Shown one piece after another: positions 46,501 to 61,500 of a stretch of 64,000 nucleotides of DNA (position 1 is its first letter; the number at the start of each line of letters is the position of its first letter). Source of the stretch: Somniosus microcephalus (lineage: Eukaryota); assembly GCA_052327205.1 (NCBI GenBank), contig CM126214.1, positions 176,328,001-176,392,000 of the forward strand, in the 5' to 3' direction. A program made the translations under genes and the position numbers. Under the pieces are notes generated by a model. It saw only the letters and a list, made by a program, of their open reading frames with translations. It was not told where the DNA came from and did not search any database.

Positions 46501-49500
46501 TGAAAAAGAAAATAAAGATGGGCAAAGAGGATGAGAATAGAATGGCAGTCAACTTAAAAGTCCAAAAGTCTTCTATAGGCATATAAATAGTAAACAAGTA
46601 GTAAGAGGCAGGGTGGGGCCGATAGACCAAAAGGGAGACTCGCACAGAGGCAGAGGGTATGGCTGAGGTACTAAATGACTACTTTGCATCTGTCTTTACC
46701 AAGGAAGATGCTGCCATAGACAGTGAAAGAGGAGGTAGTAGAGACACTGGATAGGATAAAAATTGATGGAGGTATTAGAAAGCCTGGCTGTTCTTAAAAG
46801 TAGATAAATCACCAGGAGTGGATGGGGTGCATCCTAGGATGCTGAGGGAGGACATTGCAGAGGTACTGGCCATAATATTCCAATCCTCCATAGATACAGT
46901 GCCAGAGGACTGGAGAATTGCAAATGTCACACCATTGTTCAAAAAGGGTGTAAAGATAAACCCAGCAACTACAGTCCAGTCAGTTTAACCTTGGTAGTGG
47001 GGATGCTTTTAGAAACAGTAATCAAGTCACTTGGATGGGGTGGATTAATTAAGGAAAGCCAGCACGGATTTGTTAAAGGCAAATCGTGTTTAACCAACTT
47101 GATCGAGTTTTTTGAGGAGGTTAACAGAGGGTTGATGAGAGTAATGTGTTTGACGTAGTGTACATGGATTTCCAAAAGGCATTTTAACAAAGTGCCACAT
47201 AATAGGCTTGCCAGCAAAATTGAAGCCCATGGAATAAAAGGGACAGTGGCTGCCTGGATACAAAATTGGCTAAGTGGCAGGAAACAGTAGTTGTGAACGG
47301 TTGTTTTTCCAGACTGGAGGAAGGTGTACAGTGGTGTTCCCCAGGGGTCAGTACTAGGACCACTGCTTTTCTTGATATATTAATGACTTGGACGTGGGTG
47401 TACAGGGCACAACTTCAAAATTTGCAGATAACAAAACTTGGAAGTATAGTGAGTGTCTTCAGGAAGACAGACAGGCTGGTGAAATGGGCAGACACGTGGC
47501 AGATGAAATTTAATGCAGGAAAGTGTGAAGTGATGCATTTTGGCAGAAAGAATGAAGAGAGGACATATAAACTAAATGGTACAATCCTAAAGGGGGTGCA
47601 CAGACAGAGACCTGGGGGTATGTTTGCATAAATCGTTGAAGGTGGCAGGGCAGGTTGAGAAAGCAGTTAAAAAGGCTTACGGGATCCTGGGCTTCATGGA
47701 AGTAGAGTATAAAAGTGTGGAAATGATTATTAATTCAACTGTATAAAACCCTGGTTCGGCCCCAACTGGAGTACTGTGTCCAATTCTGGGCACCACACTT
47801 TAGGAAGAACGTGAAGGCCTTAGAGAGAGGGTGCAGAAAACATTTACAAGAACAATTCCAGGAATGAGTGACTTCAGTTACATTGATAGACCAGAGAAGC
47901 TGGGGTTGTTCTCCTAGGAGCAGAGAGGAGATTTGATAGAGGCGTTTAAAAATCATGAGGGGGGAACAGAGTAGATACAGAGAGAAACTGTTCCCATTGG
48001 CAGAAGGGTTGAGAACCAGAGGACACAGATTTAAGGTGATTGGCAAGAGAACCAAAGGCGACATGAGGGAAAAACTTTTTTTTTATATATACAGTGAGTG
48101 GTTAAGATCTGGAATGCACTGTCTGAAAGGGTGGTAGAGGCAGACTCAATTTTATCTGTCAAAAGGGAGTTGGATAAGTATCCGAAGAAACAAAATTGCA
48201 GGGCTACAGGGAAAAAGGGCAGGGGAGTGGGTGTAGCAGAGTCGTCACGGTCTCGATGGGCCGAATGGCCACCTTCCGTGCTGTAACCATTATGATTCTA
48301 TGATCTGCTTCACTCCCTTCCCCATGGCCACTGAGCCAAACATCTCTCTAAGATTCTCCCCTGCTCTAGCCCTGAACCAACATCTTTCTCTAATTTCTCT
48401 CCGAACTCACCTTGTCCACGAGACGCACATCCTGACCACCCAACTTCCCTTCCTGTTAACTGATAAGTTCCCTCCCCTCACGTACTGTCCCTACCCCATC
48501 AATTCTGCAGACATCACCCCTCTCCTTAAAAAAAACCTTGACCCTTCTGTCCTTGCAAACTACCACCCCATCGCCAACCTCCCTTTCGTTTCCAAAGTCC
48601 TTGAACATGCTATCACCTCCCAAATCTGTGCCCATCTTTCCCGCAATTAATGTTTGAATCCCTCCAAACAGGTTTCTGCCCCTTCCGCATACTGAAACAG
48701 CCCTCAGTCACAAATGACTAGGTTACTGAGTGATAAACTATCCGTCCTCGACCAGTCTTCAACCTTTGACACAGCTGACCGCACCATCCTCCAGCACCTT
48801 TCCTGTCGTCCAGCTGGGTGGGACTTCCCTCACATGCTTCCACTCTCATCTATCCAGACATAGCCAGAGAATCACCTGTAATGACTTCTCTTCCTGCTCC
48901 CACATCATTATCTCTGAAGTCCCCTAAGGATCTATCCTTGGCCCCCTCCTATTTCTCATCTACGTGCTGCCCCTCAGCAACATCATCCAAAAACATGCCA
49001 GGTCCCACATGTATGCCGACAACATGCTGGGGCTCTACTTCACCACCAATCTCGACCCTGTCACTAATTTGTCACACTGCTCGTCAGACATCAGTACTGA
49101 TCAGCAGAAATTTCCTCCAACTAAATATTGGGACAACAGAAGTCATTGTCTTCCGTCCGTGCCACAAACACCACCCCTCTCCCTGGCAACTGTCTGAGCT
49201 GAACCAGGCAGTTCACAACCTTGATGTTGTATTTGACAGATGAGCTGCCGAGCACATATCCACTCCATTACCAGACTGCCTACTTCCACCTCCGCAACAG
49301 TCAGACGCCAACCTTGCCTCAGCTCATCTGCTGCTGAAAACTTCAGCCATGACTGGTTACCTCTAGATTTGACTATTCCACTGCTCGCCTGGCTGGCCTG
49401 CCATCTTCCACTAAACAAACTTGAGCTCACCCAAAACTCTGAATCCCATATCTTAACTCACCCCAGAAACGAAGACACCAAGTCCCTTTCACCCATTACC

Positions 49501-52500
49501 TGTGCTCTCTGGCCTACATTGGCAAGCACCTGCACCCCCCCCAAATCCAAACTTAAAAATTCAGTTTTTAAATCCCTCCATGGCGTCAGCCCCTCCCTAT
49601 CTCTATAACCCACCTCCAGCCCTACAACCCCCAAATTCTCTGCGCTCCTCCAATTCTGGCCTCTTGTGCAGCCCCTATTTTAATTGCTCCACCATTGACA
49701 GCTGCCTAGGCCCCAAGCTCTGGAATTCCCACGCTAAACCTCTCCTTTTAAGACACTCCTTAAAACCTACTTCTTCTGTCCTAATATATCTCACGTGGCT
49801 CAGTATCAAATTTTGTTTGATAACATTGCTGTGAAGCGCCTTGGGAAGTTATAGAAATGCAAGTTGTTGCAGTGGAGAAGACATCGCTTCTGTATGTACG
49901 ACAACAACAAGCAACTCTTCCCCCTCCATTCTCCACCCCAGCACTGCCTGTGTTTGGTAATTTGGTCAGAAATCCAATCTTCAATAAGCTATAATTTCTT
50001 CTAGCTAAACACTGGAAAGGCAATGGCATTGGTCTTCAGACCCGGTCAAAACTCTATACACTTGCCATCCCCTCCAGAGTAATCTTCAGTCTGAACTAGA
50101 AAGTTCTCAACTTATTTGATCCTGAGTCGAGCTTCTGACCCCATATCTTCTCCATCACAAAAAACACCTACTCCTCCAACATCATCTGCCTGCACGTCCA
50201 CATCAGCCTATCTACTGCTGAAACTATCATCCATGCCGTCGTCACCTCCAGACTTGACTATACTAATGCTTTCCTGGCTAGCCGCCCATAACCCAGCTTA
50301 CAATATATGCACAATATAATAATGGGCAGCAAAGTCCTGCTCACCCATCCTCACTGACCTACTTTGGGGACTGAGAGCTATTGCGTCAAATTGAAGATGC
50401 GCATTCTAGTTTTTCATTCCTTTCATAGCCTTTAATCTCCTCCACCCATATCCCGCCAACCCCCTCCCGCCCAAAAAAGAACTCCAATTCACCGACTCTG
50501 GCCATGTGTACCACTCCTCCCTTCGCCCCATCATTAGCAGCCATGCCTCCAGGTACTTGGGCCACATGTTCCAAAATCCCCATCCCAAATCCTCTTTTAA
50601 AGGCCCTCTCCCCCGTACCAAACTTTTGTTCAACCTGCCCTGCATCATCTCCTTTCACTCAATCCATTCCACCACCCTCCACCCCAAATTACACTTTTGC
50701 ATGGCACCATTGGATTTTTTATAAATGCAAGTTACTTGAAGCACATGTACCATTTCAGACAATGAACCATTGATCAAAAAAAACTCATTGTATGCTTACA
50801 AAATTCATTGCATTCCACTCACTTGTGCATGTAGCAGAAACATGCAGTAATTCTTTGAACACAACAAAGTCTGATTTTATAAAGTGCGAAACTGTTAGCA
50901 AAAGATCCTTCTAATTTAACTGTTGAGTGGAGTGTCAAGCTTCCAAGCATATACAACTTCTATTACTGGAGTTGCAGCTGCAGGTGCATAGAGCTTGCAG
51001 CACGTGTGTTTCATTAGTCTTCAATCTAAAAGTGGGTTCCTTCACACCAAGGTTTGATGCCATTTATAGGAATAAGAGAAATCCAATACACCAAGTCATA
51101 CCTGGACAGGCATTAGCTATGGCAATAACTTAAGCCCAACAGTATCATGTTATTAAAGAATGCTGTAGCATGATCTGCAGTTGCCCAGATGTGAGCAGAA
51201 ACAGATTGATGCCCCATTTATAGTGCAGGACCACTTTCACAACATGCCCTAGTTGTTGCTGAATTTCCCAATTTATACTACACAGATTTAGAAGCCAGTT
51301 CAAACACTGGTACAATTGCATATGGGCAAATCTCATTTCCACATAGCTAGCTATTCATAAGCCACATTCAGAAGTTTGTATCCCCCAGGACAGCACAGCA
51401 GGGGTTCCTTGGGACCAAACTGTCTTCAGCAGCTTCAATTACCTTTCCTCCCTCATAATTCTATGCTCCTCAGGCATGGGGTGGGATGTTTGAAGAACAC
51501 CATTAACATTTGGATTGTAATTTGTGCAACCAGTTCAGGGCAGGAAACTTTGAGTGACACCTCAACATTTGGTGCTGTCTGCAGTTAGAATTATGTAATC
51601 AGAAGCAATAACCCCAATAAATTGAAATGTAAAAATAAAAAAAATTCTCCTTCCCACCTAAAATGTCTAGAACATTTTTTTTTTAAATATGCTTCACACA
51701 ATTAAACAAAGTTTTTGGGAAAAAAAACTAGCGTGATGGGAGCTTCAAGTCCCATCAACATGAAACTGGCCATTACAGAAGTGAGTGCTCTATTATATAG
51801 TTACAGCAACATTTAGATCCTGGACACTTGTGTCACGATTCAGGATTCTGTGGCCATTTTTCCCCCACCACAAGATAGACTTGGGCATTGTGATTTTAAT
51901 GTGCATTTTTGGTAGCGTACCTAGACAGCCCCTGGCTGGGTTGGCCATCCATAGGCAGATGAGAAACAATTTCAAGGCAGGGTGGGCAACTGTTTTGCAT
52001 ACATCCTAAACGTTGCCTTGGTGTTAACATTTTTTGAATTGTCTTGGAAGGAAGGTTTCAAGAATCAGACACCCAAATTCAGTCAGGGCAGCAGAAAGGC
52101 TGTAAGGGAGAAATAACTGCTACTGCATGGTCAGCAGGTTAAATAGCAGATGGAAAACATCTTTCTACATTATGCATCTCTTCTCTTGCCTCCCCTCACC
52201 CCAAGTTCACTGGTGTACCCATGTTCTGCTGTTCACAAGATTACAAAAATAAGCTGAACTAATGTGGCAGTGTTGTGCATGTTTCACCTACTGTTGAATC
52301 ACCTACTGTTGAATAAAGCAGCTTACAAGTCAAATCAAAATACCAGACCTAGAGTTAACTTAATCCAACTTCAGAGACATTAAAGTACACATGCCTAAGA
52401 CACAGATCTGGTCCAGATCACAAGGGAGTTTCATTGCAACACCCCCAGGTCCTGCTGTCCCACTAGCAGCTACAAGACAACAAGAGGCTAATTATAAAAA

Positions 52501-55500
52501 AAAAGCAGCCAACCAGATTGCTTAAGGGAGCATTTGACACCCCAGCAGACCCAAATTCTCAACATTGAAGAGACTGCTTTATTTTCCACATAGCTCCAGC
52601 AACATTTTATATCGGACATGTACAATCCAAAAATCTGTCATTGTCTGAGCTTACAACCCCTTAGCCCCTATTTAGGTTATTGGAATCTCCATTTAGTTAC
52701 TGAAGTAATGTAGGTACACTTTAACATAGTTAACAAAGCCTAGAAACAATCCCACAAAAACTATTCACAATTAGATAGGTTGATATAGGGTGTATCCTCC
52801 CTTCACACTAAATGCAGGCAGGCAGGCTAGGGGAAGGGAATTTTAAAAAACAAACAAACAGTCACTACAGAAACTAATAATGCAAGGGAATTATGCACAG
52901 GCCATGCCCAAATCGTCTATGCCGATGTTTATACTCTAGTCTGTTCCCACTCTAACTACCTTTTCCCACCCTAATGGAATCTATAGCACAAAGGAGACTA
53001 CATTCCAGAATGTATTGTAGCTAGCTACACAAGGACAATTTACTTTTACTAAAATTCAATGATCAGATATTCAGAAATAGAAACAAAACCTCAATAAAAA
53101 AAAAGGAACTTTTAAGTAGCAGCTTTGGTTACAATAGATCTTGGCTTCAAATAAGAATTGGCCATTAAATTGCTAAAATATGCCAAGAGGATCATTTGTC
53201 CAAACTGAGAGCCATGTGCACCCCTCATCATCATACTCCTTCTGCCAGCTAAATGTTAGTGTTGGTTTAGAAGGATGGAGGAACAGGAGAGAGAAATCCA
53301 CAAAGCACCGTTAAAAATTACAAGACATCAATGGCATATTCCAGAACAGTAGAGAGGAGACGAGCAAATCAACTCCGTGGTTGGTTGCTTATGCACCAAC
53401 AGGAATTTAATATATTAATTTATAAAAATGTAACTTAAAAAGTTTGCACATCAACAAAACCAGACTAGCTGCAATTTAGAATAAATAGGATCTATTTGGC
53501 CTGCTGTTTTGGAATACTGCAAGTATGATAATAAGCAGGTCTCATGGCATTGCTCAAAATATTTGTGAATTAGTTAAAATGAAGATGCTTCAATAAAAAA
53601 AATTCCAAACAAGTAGTACATGCTGCACACAAGACACATTTTAAACTAAGACAAGACAGAACGGAAACTGCCTAGCATAGTCATAACAGATAAACAACCT
53701 TAAGCAGACTACAGACAGACGTTACCCTGAGAAATCAGTTGGCTTTTCTGCAAGGGTGCTGGATCAGGTGGTATTTCAAGCTCTGTAAAGGCTGGTTGTG
53801 GTGAGGGAGGACTATCAGTACTGGAGTGAGAAACAGTTGTGATTTGGGTGGGTGTTGAGCATCCTGTTAAAGTGCAGGAAGGAAAGAAAAAGGGAACCAG
53901 AGGATCAATGCTGCCAATTTTTATATTAAAAAGAAACGTTAAGTATCCTCAAATCCTACAAAGGTACTTTACAATAACTTGTTAGAGATTCATTGACTGT
54001 CAACTAGTATAGAAACTTTCCAGCAGGACCAATTATACACCACTTGGTATAAATACAAGGATAAAAGTAGAGTAGTGCAAGACTGCAAAGGAAAAACCTG
54101 GCATTAAGACTTAATCACAGCATTGTATTAACAATTGAAGAATTTACTGCCAGGACCATCTCAATTCAAGAGGGGGTGGGGGAGAAACAGTAGTCAAAAT
54201 ATTATACAGTCTACCCAAATAGTTGGGAGGTTTCCCCAGGCAATGAAATATTCTTCCAAATGATCTTTAATGTGTTGCAGTACCCTATTCTATTGTAAAG
54301 CGAGTACCAATTCCTCATTTAAGCTAGATGGACAAATATTACTGTAAGTAATGAAACTTGTATACACTTGCATTACTCCAGTTTGTATTGAGTTTTGAAA
54401 CAAGACATTTTCACACTATATGGACTGTTAATTCAATGGTCTCTGAAAACTAAGGTGTACAGATCAAGTCTAGTTCAAAACAGTTTGTCTGTAACAATAC
54501 ATCTTAAGTTGCAACTGCTACCACGCTTTATAAACCAAACCAGATCTTTATACCTTTTTCTCTGGACTAAAATGGTTCATCTTCCAATTAGTTCCAGTAA
54601 ATTAGTCTAAATTGGCAAGTTATGGTTTCCTACAATAATTATGCAACAGCTGTACTAATGGAAAAACTCGTTCCTCAACTTATTTGATGTTGTTACAGTA
54701 TTTTAGATAGTTACACTAGTAATTCAGTTGTTACACTGATCAAGTTACTTTACAATGTGATGTGCATTGCACCTTTATGCATTTTTATATTGACAAAAGA
54801 GACTTGTAATGATTGAAGGGGTTTAGACATGTCAACTGTCAAAAAAGTGATATCCTTCGTATTGACAAATTAAGTTAGACTAAAAAGGCATTTTACAATC
54901 AATGCAACTCAAGACAGTAGACAAAAAAGTGATCACTTGGTAAGTGATGCCATGAACATGAACATTTGATGAGGTGGATTCTGTTCCAGTAGTTAGTACA
55001 AAATGTTTATTTACAGATGTCAAATCACATTCAAATTCAATTCTACATCCAGACCTTCAGGGGTTTTACCTTAATTTATTTGAACCTAAAAACATTTCCT
55101 AGAAAGTTATTTGCAGCAACTGAATACTGTATACTACTTGACAAGTTTAAAATAGAGGCTATTAATTACTAGTTACAAAGGATTGCAACTCAGATCTGGT
55201 AGGCTATAGTGTCAACACTCTAACCATTATTTACAGATACTTCCAACAATTCTGCTCAAATTGTTAGTTTCAGCACAATCTAAACTAAAACAGTTTAATC
55301 ATTGCAATATTCATATGTACAAAATGTTAACATACATAACTGCACACAAACTATGCAGCAGACTGAGGGAACAGTACACTGACCTAGACCCACAGTGCCA
55401 CCATACTGCTGTCCAACCAGGGATCCTCCAGCAAACTGGCTATATGGAGTCATACTACGGAATGGGCTGTATGACACAGGAGGCTGAAATGAAGTGCTTG

Positions 55501-58500
55501 ACGAAGTGCTCAACGAAGACTGGAAGAAAGATGGTATTTCATTACTGACACTATTACTGGTACACCATTTCTATAGACACTATACATATTGCAATATCCT
55601 ACAATACAGTGTAAAACTTAAATTAATGTTGGCAAAGCAACAGAAGGGGTTCGAGAACCACAGGAAGTTCTTTATTCTACCATATGTATTTACCATCCAC
55701 ATTATCCTTTAACTTTTCCCATTTCCAAGATGGGTAAAAGATGCAGCATGGCATATCGGTGCTGTGTCAGTGATTAGATTCATCTTTAGATCCATAGTTC
55801 CTTGCACAAGTTTCTAATCTTGGCCAAGGCCTTCACAAAATAATTCTTGCAGAGAACTGCTACTTCACAAACGGGATCTCTTTATGGGCCCAACAGAGGA
55901 GAGTTAGGAGGCGTGGTTACTGGGCCGCCTTCTCAAAGAGCAGCACAAGGTATGGGTGGGTGAAGTTGAATCAAAGGGAAGAGTAAATCTTTCAGATGCC
56001 ACCTGAAGAAGTGAATTTGTCACCAACCAAACTTGAAGATGAATGCTTCAAAAGCAACAAAATTGCTTAGGATGAGTAAGTAACTTAAAGGGATAGACCT
56101 CCTGCTTAAAATAGTAATTTCACCAACTTACCCATATCTGGTGACTAGTACTGTAGTAAATCAAGGACAATCATGGTATGGCAATGAGATAGATACCAAA
56201 ACGGCTGATAAGAGATGGAGTAGACTAGGCCTATATTCCCCTAGAGTTTAGAAGAATGAGAGTTGATCTCAAAATGTATAAAATTCTTAAGGGGCTTGAC
56301 AGGGTAGATGCTGGGAGGATGTTTCACCTGGCTGGGGAGTCTAGAACTTGGGGGTCAGTGTCTCAGAATAAGGTGTCAGCCATTTTAGGGCTGAGAGGAG
56401 AAGAAATTTCTTCACTTAAAAAGGGTTGTGAATCTTTGGAATTCTCTACCCCAGAGGGCTGTGGATGCTTAGTTGTTCAGTATATTCAAGACTGAGATCG
56501 ATAGATTTTTGGATACTAGGGGAACCAAGTTAGTGCGGGAAGGTGGAGTTGAGGTAGAAGATCAGCCATGATCTTACTGAATGGTGGAGCAGGCTCGAAG
56601 CGCTGAATGGCCTGCTCCTGCTTCTTATTCTTATTTTTTAATAATGCTTTACAGTCAGACAGCAACAATATTAAAAATAACTTCAGTTATTCACCTGTAC
56701 AATAGCAGGATCCTGGGGTTGAGGTTTTGGGGGCTCACACACAGTAATATCTTTGATATCACTACCACGGAAGATGATGTATTCATAGATTTCATCTCTT
56801 GGGGCAACAGGTCGGTCTGTGGGGCGGTCTTCAGTTCCAAATGATCGCACTGCCAAAACAAAAAAGTTTAATATAATGCATGGAATATAATCCAACACAA
56901 TTTCACCTGGGTCATGACAGTACTGGTTCAAACTTGAAGCTACCCTTGAATCAAAATGAACATAATTGTTGCCAATTACAGTTAGTGACTTGCACCACTT
57001 TATTCATTTTTCACACAATAGATGTGGTCCAAATGTAATCTTTCTGCAATGAGATTAAAGGTCAATTTTTGATTATGATCAGAAGAAGATGTTCTTGTTT
57101 TTGATCCTTTCATTTGCCATTGGCATGTTGGAATAGAAATAGCTAGATTACGTTTGCAAGGTGTAAAGCTGTATTCCACATTTAGATGAAGATTTACAAT
57201 GTTTTTGAAACACAAGCATGGCATTGCAGTGCATTTCTGCAAGAAGCACGTTCACAGCCACAATCTCTGACCTTCTGCCTCCCTTCCCCCAACACAATAC
57301 CAATGATCTCTTTATCTCAGCTACGTTGCCTTGGAGAAGTGCCGATTACAGCCCAGGGGCTCCCCACCATCAGGAGGTCAGACAGCCAGCACCTTGCTGC
57401 TCACATGCCTCCTAGCAGTCAGATCAGAGCATTATTGGCTGAAGCCTACGAGGTCACCAATAGAAGGTGCATAGTCCAGCAGCCATGGGAACTCGCCGAG
57501 GTCTGGAGATTCATATAATTACAAACGATTTAAAATAGTTTACCTGCGGCAGAACAAATTTTAATCTTGAACGCTATTTGTAAAAAGTCTGATAGCAAAA
57601 TACTGCGGATGCTGGAAATCCGAAACAACAGAAAATGCTGGAAAAACTCAGCAGGCCAGGCAACATCCGTGGAGAGAGAAGAGAGTCAATGTATCAGGTC
57701 GAAACCCTTCGTCAGGACTGAAAAAACACAGGAAATGAAAGATTAAAGGCCACTTTGGGGGCTGGGAAATGGGGATAAAGAACAAGAGAGACATTAAGAG
57801 GTATTCAAAACAAGACGAGATGGACTAGTAAAGAGACAAAAGACGGCTCTAGATGAGGTGTGAAATGCACTGGCAGAATGAGAGACAGCTGTCACGTGGG
57901 AAGAGGAAAAAAGGGGGAAGGGCACAAAACAAAGGTGTGGATAAAAAATATATATAAAAATGTAATGGGGGCCGAGGTTAGGATCTGAAATTGTTGAACT
58001 CGATAGAGTCCGGAAGGCTGTAAAGTGCCTAATCGGAAGATTTGTAAAAGTCTTTGTAAAAGTCTGTCTGGGTTCACGACAGCACTGTGCACAACTCAAG
58101 CCGCAAACCTATAAGTCTTGCAGTACTACCACAAAACAAAGCCAATTCAATTTACAGCATTGAGTTTGATGTCCCAGCCCCTCTCCTTTTCGTCAGACCA
58201 GGCAGTGACAGATTAGATAGGAACCAAATATTCCATTACAGCACATGATCATATCATTGGCATCACATCCAGTATCTAGTCATTTGTTTTGGATTTCCAA
58301 GGAACCATTCCAAAAATTCGGTTTAATGATCCCCTTCCAGATGTTTCCTACTCATAGAAGGTGCAGACTCGATGGGCCGAATGGCCGCCTTCTGTGCTGT
58401 ACTATTCTTGATTTTATGGCAAGTGCAGTCATCTGAAACAGGATTGTTGGAGCAGGCTGTTGTCGGAGGGCTCTATGCTCACCTTTTGACAGACTAACCA

Positions 58501-61500
58501 CCAGTTTCATATTTAAAACATCCTTCCTCATCGCAAGTTTTTTCTGGCTGCACCCTCAAAGCTGCATTTTTTGCTGCTGCAAATATCTAGCGCATTTATG
58601 AGAAGTCTACAAAGATGCTATGATTCCACATTATCATTGCACAACAACTCTGGATAGAACTTTTGACTCAAGGAAATCAATCAAACTGTCAAACACATTA
58701 AATCAAGCTTTTCAGAAAGGGGAATGAAGTCATTGCTAAACACTTGAGGAACTTGTCCCAAGTTACTTAGAATCTCTTTGGATATTTTACAATCAATCAA
58801 TCAATGGGTTTCAGGTGAGAAAATATTAGCCAATCTGCAGTATTAGCTAGTAAATTAGAAACTAAGGTGATTAAATCAGGGGGTAGTGTCAAATTACCTG
58901 TATATCAAGTGAATGGACAATTCACAAAAGCTTAAAACAGTGACACCCCTTTTTGTATATAAATTAGTATATCCTCATCTCAGGATACATGATCTACCCA
59001 ACTTCTCCCAGATTTTCTTCAGACCAGGCAGTGACAGATGCAACAGTCTAATACATTCCATAGGACCCAAAATTGGGAAATGTTACTATGGTAAATAAAA
59101 ATATTTTGACAAGCAAATTGCTGCTGGTAGAATTACATTAGCAGCAATAATATCAACCAAGTCATTCATCTCAATTTTTCTGCATTACAAGTACAATTTT
59201 CAGTTGCCCAATTGTGGTTTTATTTAAGCTAAAATTCTGCAGTCTACTCCACATATACTGGGCAAAGACAGCAAAGCTATACAATTTAGTCAGCATAACC
59301 TGAAGGCTCTGTGTATATTGGGTAGAGCTAGAGACAAAATTTAATATGGTCAAACATGTCTCAAAATTAACCCTGGTAGTTTGTGAAAAGCATACAAAGA
59401 CCTGAAAAAAAATGTACTACAGCATTAATAGACAAATCAGATTTTCTATAGCCTCCGGTTTCACTAACTCCAGTTAATCAAATGTCTTAACTCTATCTCC
59501 GAGCTCTGCATAAAAGTTTGGCAGTTTAGAAGAAAACCCGAGTAAACTATTGAAATCCAAGAAAAACGTCAAGGTCACTTTTTACCATCCATAACTTACC
59601 AACTTGACACCACTTGTCCACCAAGGACCCAATACAATTTGGAGGAGGCGAGAAAAGGGAACCCACCAAAGGTGATCATCTTCAATGTAATTGAACTTTT
59701 TTCAGCCCAATGAGGAAGGAAGCCATGTACGATAGCAAAATACTGCAGATGTTGGAAATCCGAAATAACAACAGAAAATGCTGGAAAAACTCAGCAAGTC
59801 AGGCAACATCCGTGGAGAGAAATTTGAGTTGACGTTTCGGGTTTGACCCTTCTTCAAGGAAGCCATGCTGGATTGAGTTCTGGGGAACTGAATGGGGCAG
59901 GTGCAGCATGTTTTAGTGGGAGAGCTGCTGAGAAACAGGTGATCAGAATATTAGGTTTAGGAGTAGTTATGGAAAGGGACAAGGAACAAAAAGGTGAAAT
60001 ACTCAACTGAGGGCTCATTTCAGTGAGATGAAAAGGGATCTGGCCCAGGTGAACTGGAAACAAAGATTGGCGTGTAAAACAGTAAATGAGCAATGGGAGG
60101 ACATCAAGGAGGAGATAGTTCAGATACAGACCAAACATTCCCATGAGGGGGAAAGGAAGGGCATCCAAAGCTACAGAGCTCCCTGGATGACTAAAAACTG
60201 AAATTAAAATAAAAAGATAAAAAGGAAGCTTCTGCTAAATGTCAGGTTCATAATACAGTAGAGAATCAAGTAGAATACAGAAAGTGCAGAGAACTGAAAA
60301 AGGAAATAGGTGCAAAGTATGAGAAAAGATTAGCAGGTAATATAAAAAGGGAACACTGAAGTATTTTATAAACTTGAGTAAAAAGGATAGCCAAGGGAAG
60401 GGTGGGGCCAATTAGACAAAAAGGAAATCTTGGAGGTAGAGCGTATGGCTGAAGCACTGAATAAATACTTTGCATTTGTCTTCACAAAAGAGCTGCCAAT
60501 GTCATAGTAAAGGAGCAGGTAGAGAAATTATATATAAAAGGAGGTACTTAAAAGGTTGGCAGCACTCAAAGTAGAAAAAGTCATCTGGCTCAGATGGGCT
60601 AAAAGACTAATGCTCCACTTATTTGTAAAAAACTAAATGTTACCATACAAGATAACAAGTCAACACAATATTGTAGGGATATCAGGACATTGCCAGTTGA
60701 GCTCATGTGAGCATGTTTACACAAATTAGCTTTTGAAGATGCTTGGACTAGAGTAATTAAGTATCCCAACTTCAAACATACATTACTGGAGCCATTGCAA
60801 CAGTTTCAGCTTCAAATCATATTTTAACAGCTACTTGAGCCTTTGTGCTTTGTCGACCTACATCACGTGAGCCCAGACAGGGATAGACCTACATCACGTG
60901 AGCCCAGACAGGGCTAGTAGACCTACATCACGTGAGCCCAGACAGGGATAGTATACACTCCTAATTCAGACCATTTGACTGCATATATATATCCAAATAT
61001 AAATAATGCAAACTACACACTTAAAGCACATAGTGCCTCAGGAGAAAATGGACCACAAGTCAGCTGTCAATCTTCGACATGCAGAAAAGACGCTGGGGAA
61101 AAACTAATGAGGTCAATGCACCAGTTGCAGGTGGGAATCAAAGAGGTTTTAAAAAAAGTAAGCACAACTACCTGTCCCAGTTACAAGCAATCAAAACCAG
61201 GACAAAGGCAAATTAAAAGGAGTCATCAGGAGGTGGAGGCACACAATAATAAATAAGAGGCCATGGTTGCTCGATGCAGGCAGATATTAAAACATGGTTT
61301 GAGAAGGGCAGTCAAGATAAAAGGGCCAGGACTACATGCTGAGGGACTCACTGAAGCTTGGTGCAGCCGCCGCAAAGGCTCAATAGGGAAAAGGCCACAA
61401 TTTAAGGCCCTCCTGCCGTTGTACACCAAGGGGCTGGAACCAGTATAAACCCCAGCACCCCTCCCTCAGGCTGTACGAATCAGAAAAAAGCTCAATGTAA

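Noticed and set aside
52284-52314. Short tandem duplications (15 bp here; 13 bp near 31964; 26 bp at 28539)
   Set aside because: Ordinary slippage duplications with no sign of function.
55921-56003. Possible extra LSM14B exon in intron 2
   Set aside because: Weak donor, frameshifting length and no homology I can recognise.
60855-60950. CRISPR-like 31-bp repeats
   Set aside because: No unique spacers, no cas genes, eukaryotic context; it is a minisatellite.
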